Origin: Capsulimonadaceae bacterium
Lineage (GTDB): Bacteria; Armatimonadota; Armatimonadia; Armatimonadales; Capsulimonadaceae
DNA: 64,000 nucleotides
Direction of reading: 5' to 3'
NCBI GenBank assembly: GCA_965215505.1
Contig: OZ244065.1
Coordinates: 5,024,001-5,088,000, forward strand
A program made the translations under genes and the position numbers. Positions within the stretch are counted from its first letter, which is position 1, and each line of letters opens with the position of its first letter. This document shows, in pieces, positions 57,636 through 64,000 of the stretch. The notes beneath the pieces are model-generated. The model searched no databases and was not told where the DNA came from. It saw only the letters and a program-made list of their open reading frames with translations.

Positions 57636-59140
57636 GCCGCCACCGATGGTCCGCCCGGAAGCGCCAGGGCCAAGATCTTCTCCTCCGTCGCCCCGGCGCG
57701 CGGCACCTCGCCCGCGATGCGCCCCTCGCGCATGACCAGGATGCGGTCGCTGAGGGCCAGTATCTCCGGCAGGTCCGAGGAGATCACCAGGGTCGCCATG
57801 CCGTCCCGCGCGAGCCGTCGAATCAGGCGGTAGACCTCCGCCTTCGCGCCCACGTCCACGCCGCGCGTCGGCTCATCCAGCAGCAGGACGCGCGGCCTGG
57901 TCGCCAGCCATTTGCCTAAAGAGAGCTTCTGCTGGTTGCCGCCCGAAAGCGTGTTTGCCGCCGCGTCCGGCCCGGCGGCCTTGACCGCGAGGCTCTGCAT
58001 CAGGTCCGCGACGACGGCTCTTTCCCGGCGTGGCGAGCGGAATCCCGCCGCCGTCAGCGAGCCTTGCACGGCGAGCAGAAGGTTCTGGCCGACCGAGAGG
58101 GGCAGGACCAGCCCCTCCCGCTGCCGGTCCTCGGGGACCAGGGCGACGCCGTGCGCCAGGGAGGCGGCGACCGAGCCGGGCGGGAGCCGTTCGCCGCCGA
58201 CCGTCACCGTGCCGGATGTCGGAGCCTCGACCCCGAAGATGGCCGTGGCGACCTCGGACCGGCCCGCGCCGATCAGGCCGGCCAGCCCGACGATCTCGCC
58301 GGCCCGGAGCGTAAACGACACATCGGCGAACCGCCCCGTCCGCCCCAGCCCGCGCACGTCCAGTCGGACCGCGCCCGCCTCCCCTATTGCCTCCGGTCGC
58401 TCCTCCGCTTGCAGCTCGCGCCCCACCATCCGCCGGACTAATTCGTCCCGGCTCATGTCGGCAATGGGATAAGTGCCCACCAAACGCCCGTCGCGCAGGA
58501 CCGTCACTCGGCTCGCCAGGGCGTACACTTCCTCCAAGCGGTGGCTGATGTAGAGGACAGCGACTCTCTCGCTTTGGATCTGCCGGAGGATGCGGAATAG
58601 GGTCTGCGTCTCGCGGGCGGACAGGGAGGCCGTCGGCTCGTCCAATATCAGCAGGCGGCTCCGGTGAGACAGGGCGCGGGCCAGACCGACCATCTGCCGC
58701 TGCGCCAGTGGCAATTCTTCCAGAGGCCGGTGCAGGTCCAGCGTCTCGCCCAGCCTGTCCAGAAGCGCCTTCGCCTCGCGCTCCATGCGCGGCCTGTCCA
58801 ATACTCCGAACGCCCGGCGCGGCTCGCGGCCCACGAAGATGTTGTCCAGGGCGCTCAGGTGGGGGAAGGCCGTTGACTCCTGGTGCAGCGCGGCGATGCC
58901 CGCCGCCTCCGCCGCGCGCAGGTCGCCCGGCGGCAGGGCCTCGCCATTGATGCGAACCGTCCCGCCGTCGGGCCGAACCGCGCCGGAGAGGCACTTGATG
59001 AAGGTGGACTTGCCCGCGCCGTTCTCGCCGAGCAGCGCGTGGACCTCGCCCGGCGCGATGCTCAGGCCGACGCCTTCGAGCGCGCGGACGCCGCCGTAAG
59101 CTTTGCTCAGGCCGGTGACTTCGAGAAACGGCGGGTTCAT
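57632..59140 (-). CDS. Sugar ABC ATP-binding protein
   Basis: GENGAGKS, LDEPT, LSGGNQQK, DEPTRGVDVGAK. Confidence 0.95.
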   Translation of the reverse strand: MNPPFLEVTGLSKAYGGVRALEGVGLSIAPGEVHALLGENGAGKSTFIKCLSGAVRPDGGTVRINGEALPPGDLRAAEAAGIAALHQESTAFPHLSALDNIFVGREPRRAFGVLDRPRMEREAKALLDRLGETLDLHRPLEELPLAQRQMVGLARALSHRSRLLILDEPTASLSARETQTLFRILRQIQSERVAVLYISHRLEEVYALASRVTVLRDGRLVGTYPIADMSRDELVRRMVGRELQAEERPEAIGEAGAVRLDVRGLGRTGRFADVSFTLRAGEIVGLAGLIGAGRSEVATAIFGVEAPTSGTVTVGGERLPPGSVAASLAHGVALVPEDRQREGLVLPLSVGQNLLLAVQGSLTAAGFRSPRRERAVVADLMQSLAVKAAGPDAAANTLSGGNQQKLSLGKWLATRPRVLLLDEPTRGVDVGAKAEVYRLIRRLARDGMATLVISSDLPEILALSDRILVMREGRIAGEVPRAGATEEKILALALPGGPSVAA

Positions 59141-59244
59141 AAGTGCGTCATGGTAACACGACTGCCGCCGTCTGTCAAGCCGCTTGCCTGTGATTTATCG
59201 CACGGGGTACAATCACCTCAGTAGGTGCAGAAGGGGAAGAGCGG

Positions 59245-59724
59245 ATGGCTTCGATGGACGACATGGGGGACAACCCGGACTGGACGGCGGGGATCGCCGA
59301 GCGCAAGATACAGGACGCCATTGACGAGGGCCTGTTCGACAACCTGCCGGGGCGGGGCAAGCCGCTCGACCTGTCCGTGAACCCGTTCGAGCCGCCCGGC
59401 ATGGGGGCGGTCAACCGGCTGCTCAAGCACAACAAGGTGCTTCCGCTCTGGCTGCTGCTGGAACAGGAGATCGAGGCTTCGCGCGCCCTGGCCCTCGCGA
59501 CCCTCGCCCGCTGGGAGGCGTCCGAGCCGGGCCTGCGCGAGACAGCGGACTATCCGCGCCTGCGGGGGGCGGCGCGCGAAGCCTACGCGCGGCACCTGAA
59601 GCAGACCAACGACCTGATTCTGAAGTACAACTATTCCAGCCCATTCGCCCACCGCGCCCCCATCCCGTTCATGCTGCGGCGTCGGCTGGAGGAGTTCGAC
59701 GCGCAGTACGGGGTGGGGCGCTAG
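59245..59724 (+). CDS. DUF1992 (DnaJC28-like) protein
   Basis: IAERKIQDAIDEGLFDNLPGRGKPL. Confidence 0.85.
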   Translation: MASMDDMGDNPDWTAGIAERKIQDAIDEGLFDNLPGRGKPLDLSVNPFEPPGMGAVNRLLKHNKVLPLWLLLEQEIEASRALALATLARWEASEPGLRETADYPRLRGAAREAYARHLKQTNDLILKYNYSSPFAHRAPIPFMLRRRLEEFDAQYGVGR

Positions 59725-59735
59725 AGCAAGGCCGT

Positions 59736-60374
59736 TTACTCAGCCCCGAACAGGCGGGGGTAGCAGAGCTTCATGGTGTTCAGGTCACGCGGCGTGACGG
59801 GCCGGGCGGGGGCGGGCAGGTGTTCCCCCTGCGCCGAGTAGTAGCGCGGTGCGGAGGGGTACATCAGGTCGGCGGTGTCGTCGCTGTGGCCCTGGATGCC
59901 GAGGGCGTGGCCGAACTCGTGCGCGGCCACCGAGCGCAGCTCGCTCGGCAGGGCGTCCCCGGTCGCCAGCCGCATGTCGGCGTGCCGCAGGGTCGCGCCG
60001 TAGTAGCGGATGTCGGTCAGGCCGACCGCGCCGTTGCCGCCCGGCACGGCCTCGGCGGTCGTGAACCGGACCACGATGTCGGCCTTGTCGGGCGCGTTGA
60101 CGACGAGGTAATGGATGACGCCGCCCGTGGAATGCACCCACGAGTCGAATCCGGCCAGCGCGTCCTTCCCGTTCTGCTCCTCTTCGGGGCTGTGCGTGGC
60201 GACGAAGACGCGGACGGGCATGCGCGGCCAGTGCAGCAGGCGAACGATGGTAGGCGCGTGGGCGTAGTCGGGTGCGGCGGGCGGGGCCTGGGCGGAACAG
60301 GGGACTACGGCGAGGCCGACGGACAGGGCCAGCAGGAGGCGGAAAGGGCGCGGAAGACGCGGAATGAGGTTCAT
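59736..60374 (-). CDS. Matrixin-family zinc metalloprotease, secreted
   Basis: HEFGHALGIQGHS and Met-turn LMYP; signal peptide. Confidence 0.9.
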   Translation of the reverse strand: MNLIPRLPRPFRLLLALSVGLAVVPCSAQAPPAAPDYAHAPTIVRLLHWPRMPVRVFVATHSPEEEQNGKDALAGFDSWVHSTGGVIHYLVVNAPDKADIVVRFTTAEAVPGGNGAVGLTDIRYYGATLRHADMRLATGDALPSELRSVAAHEFGHALGIQGHSDDTADLMYPSAPRYYSAQGEHLPAPARPVTPRDLNTMKLCYPRLFGAE

Positions 60375-60479
60375 GGGTAGTCATACGCGGGTTTCGCGCG
60401 GAATGTCGCGCGGCTTTGCCGATTAAAAAGTATGCCGGAGTAGAGTATAATCATTTACGACAGTAAGAAAGTCTGTAAT

Positions 60480-62372
60480 ATGAAGACCGAAAACCTTAGC
60501 GTCCTTGACCTCTTCCAGATGGAACGGCGGTATGTCGTGCCTCTTTTTCAGAGGCCTTACGTTTGGAGCCAGGAGTCACAATGGGCACCACTCTGGGACG
60601 ATGTCAAGGCCAAAGGCCGGGAGGTTTTCAGCCAGCGAGAAGATGACCCTCATCCCATCCGAAAGCACTTCCTCGGTGCGACCGTCATAAACCAAATGAG
60701 AACTTTTGGTCGTCACACTCCGGCAATGGAGGTCATTGATGGGCAGCAAAGGCTTACCACTCTGCAAGTTATCCTCTGCGCGCTGAAGGACTGTGCCGCC
60801 GACAATGGCTCCCGGAACTTCGTGAGGACGCTGGAGAGGCTTACCGAGAATAGTCTGAGCGTGGAGGAGGATTCAGAGCGGTACAAAGTCTGGCCGACTA
60901 ATAGCGACCGCGACACCTATGAGGCTGTTTTCGCCTCTGCGTCACCTGAAAATCTGCGCTCAAAGTTTCCTCTACAGTTCGCGCGGTACGCTCGCAAGCC
61001 TTCGCCGCGCCCACGTCTAGTCGAAGCATACCTTTACTTCCACGACATGATAGGCAAATATCTTGATGACGTGGATTTGCCTGACGAAGAGGTTGAGGAA
61101 GACCCGCAAGCCATACGGGGCCGACGTCTTGAGGCTCTTATCAATGCTGTAACCAAATATTTGGAAGTGGTTGTCATCGAGCTAGAAGAGAATGACGATC
61201 CGCAGGTAATCTTTGAGACATTGAACGCACGGGGGGAGCCGCTGTTGCCCTCCGACTTAATACGCAACTTCGTCTTCCTGGAAGCGACACGGCAGAGGGA
61301 AGATGTGGACGCCCTTTACCACAACTACTGGCGCGAATATGACGATAACGCGGGCCAAGAGGCATTCTGGAAGCAGCAACAAACACAGGGGCGGCTGAAA
61401 CGCTCACGCTTTGACCTCTTCATCTTTCACTACCTCACGGAGCAGACAGAGCGACAACTGCCCATCAAGCATCTTTATCAGGAGTTCCGCGAGTGGTGGT
61501 TGAGGCACCGGCCGCGTGTGGAACCCGGCCTGGAAGACCTGAAATCTGCCGGTGAGGCGTACCGCCTGTTCTTTCAGACAGAAGACGAGTCGCGGCTGAG
61601 TGTGTTCTGCCACCGTCTGGCCCAATTAGATACCGGGACCATTTACCCTCTCCTGCTGTTTTTGACCTCCGATCGATCCTCTAGACCTGTGATGCAGGAA
61701 CGGGATGGCATACTGACAGATTTGGAGTCGTTCTTAATCCGGCGGCTCGTCTGCGGGCTGACACCGAAAGACTACAACAACGTCTTCCTTTTCCTGTTAA
61801 AAGAAGCAAAAAAGGAGCCATCTCTGGATCGGGCCGCCTTTCGTCGCATCCTCACTGGCCTTCAAGGCGCTAGCAGGCGATGGCCGACTGACGCCGAGTT
61901 CCGCCGCGCCTGGTACGAAAACCGGGTCTATGAGACGGTAGGGGCGCGAAGATCTGGCCTGATTTTAGAGGCTCTTGACCTGCAAATGGAGACATCTAAG
62001 CAGGAAAAAGTTCATATCGAGAGTACCCTGACCATAGAACATGTGATGCCGCAGGGGTGGGATCAAGACGAATGGCCCTTTGAGGAAGTGAAGTTCACGG
62101 ATGAAGAACATCAAGAACAGGCATCTCAAAGGAACGCCATTCTACAGACATTTGGAAATCTTACGCTCTTGACTCAGCCTTTAAACTCCTCTGTTGGCAA
62201 CCACTCTTTTGCCCAGAAAAGGCCGGAGATTGCCAGACAGAGCAGGCTACGCCTGAACTCATATTTTCAGGACTTCAGCAACAACGATGCATGGAATGAA
62301 ACTACCATCGCTGAACGGGGTCGTGTTCTGTTTGAAGTGGCTCAGCAAGTCTGGCCGGCTCCTGACGCTTAG
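60480..62372 (+). CDS. GmrSD-type (DUF262 + DUF1524 HNH) modification-dependent nuclease
   Basis: VPLFQRPYVW, IDGQQRLTT, FETLNARG, TIEHVMPQ, GNLTLL...N; lower GC than the flanks. Confidence 0.88.
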   Translation: MKTENLSVLDLFQMERRYVVPLFQRPYVWSQESQWAPLWDDVKAKGREVFSQREDDPHPIRKHFLGATVINQMRTFGRHTPAMEVIDGQQRLTTLQVILCALKDCAADNGSRNFVRTLERLTENSLSVEEDSERYKVWPTNSDRDTYEAVFASASPENLRSKFPLQFARYARKPSPRPRLVEAYLYFHDMIGKYLDDVDLPDEEVEEDPQAIRGRRLEALINAVTKYLEVVVIELEENDDPQVIFETLNARGEPLLPSDLIRNFVFLEATRQREDVDALYHNYWREYDDNAGQEAFWKQQQTQGRLKRSRFDLFIFHYLTEQTERQLPIKHLYQEFREWWLRHRPRVEPGLEDLKSAGEAYRLFFQTEDESRLSVFCHRLAQLDTGTIYPLLLFLTSDRSSRPVMQERDGILTDLESFLIRRLVCGLTPKDYNNVFLFLLKEAKKEPSLDRAAFRRILTGLQGASRRWPTDAEFRRAWYENRVYETVGARRSGLILEALDLQMETSKQEKVHIESTLTIEHVMPQGWDQDEWPFEEVKFTDEEHQEQASQRNAILQTFGNLTLLTQPLNSSVGNHSFAQKRPEIARQSRLRLNSYFQDFSNNDAWNETTIAERGRVLFEVAQQVWPAPDA

Positions 62373-62467
62373 TTGCTATTCTTCTACAGGCAGGGTATAT
62401 AATACCGGGGCCGGGCGGCAGGCAGCGAAACAGGCGGCCCCACTGTTGCTGAGGAGGCACACCGACC

Positions 62468-63187
62468 ATGAAGTTTTTTATTGACACGGCGAACGTGGAC
62501 GAGATCAAGCAGGCGAAGGCGTGGGGCATCCTGGACGGGGTGACGACCAACCCCTCCCTCATCGCCAAAGAGGGAATCCCGCACAAGAAGCGGGTCATGG
62601 AGATCCTGGACATCGTCGGCGACGTCCCCGTCTCCGCCGAGTGCGTCGAGACCGACGTGGACAAGCTGATGAAGGAGGCCCAGGACATCGCGAGCTGGGC
62701 GCCCAACATCTACGTCAAGGTGCCGATGAACGCGAACTCGATGGAGGTGGTCAAGGAGCTGTCGCCCAAGGGCATCAACTTCAACGTCACGCTCATCTTC
62801 TCGCTCCCGCAGGCCCTCATCGCCTGCAAGGCAGGCGGCTCGTTCATTTCGTTCTTCGTCGGGCGCATTGACGACATGGGCAGCCTCGAAGCGCCCCTCA
62901 GCATCGTCGAGGCGGTCAACATGGTCGAGACCTATGAGTTCCCCAAGGACCCCGAGATCCTGGTGGCCTCCATCCGCAGCCCGCTCCAGGTGACCGAGAG
63001 CATCAAGGCCGGCGCGCACATCGCCACCATCCCGTTCAAGACGATGGAGATGCTGTTCAAGCACCCCCTGACCGACATCGGCATTAAACGCTTCAACGAC
63101 GACTACCTCAAGGCGACCGGCGGTAACAAGAACGGCACTGCCGCCGCCGACGCCGGGGTGTCCATGGAGGAGAAGGCGAAGGTTTAA
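62468..63187 (+). CDS. Transaldolase / fructose-6-phosphate aldolase family
   Basis: FFIDTAN, GVTTNPSL, YVKVP, NVTLIFS, HPLTDIG. Confidence 0.92.
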   Translation: MKFFIDTANVDEIKQAKAWGILDGVTTNPSLIAKEGIPHKKRVMEILDIVGDVPVSAECVETDVDKLMKEAQDIASWAPNIYVKVPMNANSMEVVKELSPKGINFNVTLIFSLPQALIACKAGGSFISFFVGRIDDMGSLEAPLSIVEAVNMVETYEFPKDPEILVASIRSPLQVTESIKAGAHIATIPFKTMEMLFKHPLTDIGIKRFNDDYLKATGGNKNGTAAADAGVSMEEKAKV

Positions 63188-63223
63188 CGCTCCACGAGTC
63201 ACAAGTTCAGAGCCGGTACGACC

Positions 63224-63256
63224 GCCCGCCGTGCGATGCACGGCGGGCCATTTTTT
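63224..63256 (+). terminator. Intrinsic terminator
   Basis: GCCCGCCGTGC-GAT-GCACGGCGGGC followed by a T run. Confidence 0.75.
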
Positions 63257-63321
63257 GCCCTCCAGTTTCCTCTTCCCCCTGCCGATACTCCCGGTAATAA
63301 TCCCATAATAAGGAGGCCAGG

Positions 63322-64000
63322 ATGCCACCGGACATCAACGCGGGGCCACCGACTTTGGCCGCAGGGACGCCAGGACGCGCCGGCGGGCCGACCACCGCCG
63401 GTCCGCCGGGCGGCGACCCGCTCGCTGCCTTGTTCGCGTCCCTGCTGGCGAGCAGCGGCGGGCCGGCGCTCGCAAAGCCCCCGACGGGCGCGGCGTTCGC
63501 CCTACTGAAAGTGGCTCCCAAGCCGGGCACGGCGTCTCAGCCGACTGCACTTTTGAAGCCAAACGCAGCGCCCACAGAGGACAAGACGCAGGCCAAAGCA
63601 TCAAGCGCGGCACTGCCGACATCATCACCGATACTGCTGGCACCGATCCAGATGAGGCCGTTCCTCCCGCCGACTGCGGGCGTGACGGCAGGACCGAAGG
63701 CGACCGAACAGAAGACGACAGAAAAGACAATGGACACCAGCCCCGCGCCGGCCCTCCCTTCAAAGGACAAGGCCGACGGCACGGGCGGTGAGTTGCCTCT
63801 TCCGGGACAAGGAGTAAATACCTCCGCCGCGCCCGCCCCGTCTCCCGCTCTTCTGATTACAATGCAAGCGCCGCCCGCCGCGCCGTTCGCGGCGGACCGT
63901 GCTGTCGCAGACCGCATCGCGGCTTCATCCGACCCGCAAGGGCAGATGGCAGCCGCGCCGTCTCTGCCGGCCGTCAGTCAGCCTCCGCCGCAGGTGGTGC
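63322..64000 (+). CDS. Pro/Ala/Thr-rich protein, partial; possibly FliK-like
   Basis: AAGGAGG RBS, then MPPDINAGPPTLAAG...LFASLLA, apparently open to the window end. The FliK guess rests on composition only. Confidence 0.5.
   Translation, partial: MPPDINAGPPTLAAGTPGRAGGPTTAGPPGGDPLAALFASLLASSGGPALAKPPTGAAFALLKVAPKPGTASQPTALLKPNAAPTEDKTQAKASSAALPTSSPILLAPIQMRPFLPPTAGVTAGPKATEQKTTEKTMDTSPAPALPSKDKADGTGGELPLPGQGVNTSAAPAPSPALLITMQAPPAAPFAADRAVADRIAASSDPQGQMAAAPSLPAVSQPPPQVV

Overview
High-GC bacterial chromosomal window. The gene repertoire and style suggest a diderm Terrabacteria lineage such as Armatimonadota (inference only). It carries glyQS, uvrA, arsR-arsM, a pnkp-hen1 RNA-repair pair, a ten-gene oxidoreductase cluster with TetR, a two-component-regulated RND efflux system, a sugar ABC transporter, a GmrSD-type nuclease and transaldolase. 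The main discovery is an apparently complete minus-strand retron locus at 19580-26788. It consists of a near-consensus sigma70 promoter, an unannotated ~250-nt msr-msd ncRNA (a1/a2 arms ending at a TTAGC branching G, two msr hairpins, a perfect 29-bp msd stem), a 1124-aa helical-repeat protein with an inserted LVIVD beta-propeller, a SWIM zinc-finger-BRCT fusion and a retron-type RT (NAxxH, YADD, VTG). It sits right next to the Pnkp-Hen1 module. Secondary observations are several REP/REPIN-like palindromic elements, two single-base frameshifted genes, a candidate LexA box, several likely leaderless promoters, a GyrB-motif orphan inside hen1-pnkp, and an ECF sigma-POTRA fusion. All product calls come from motif recognition by eye; no database searches were run.
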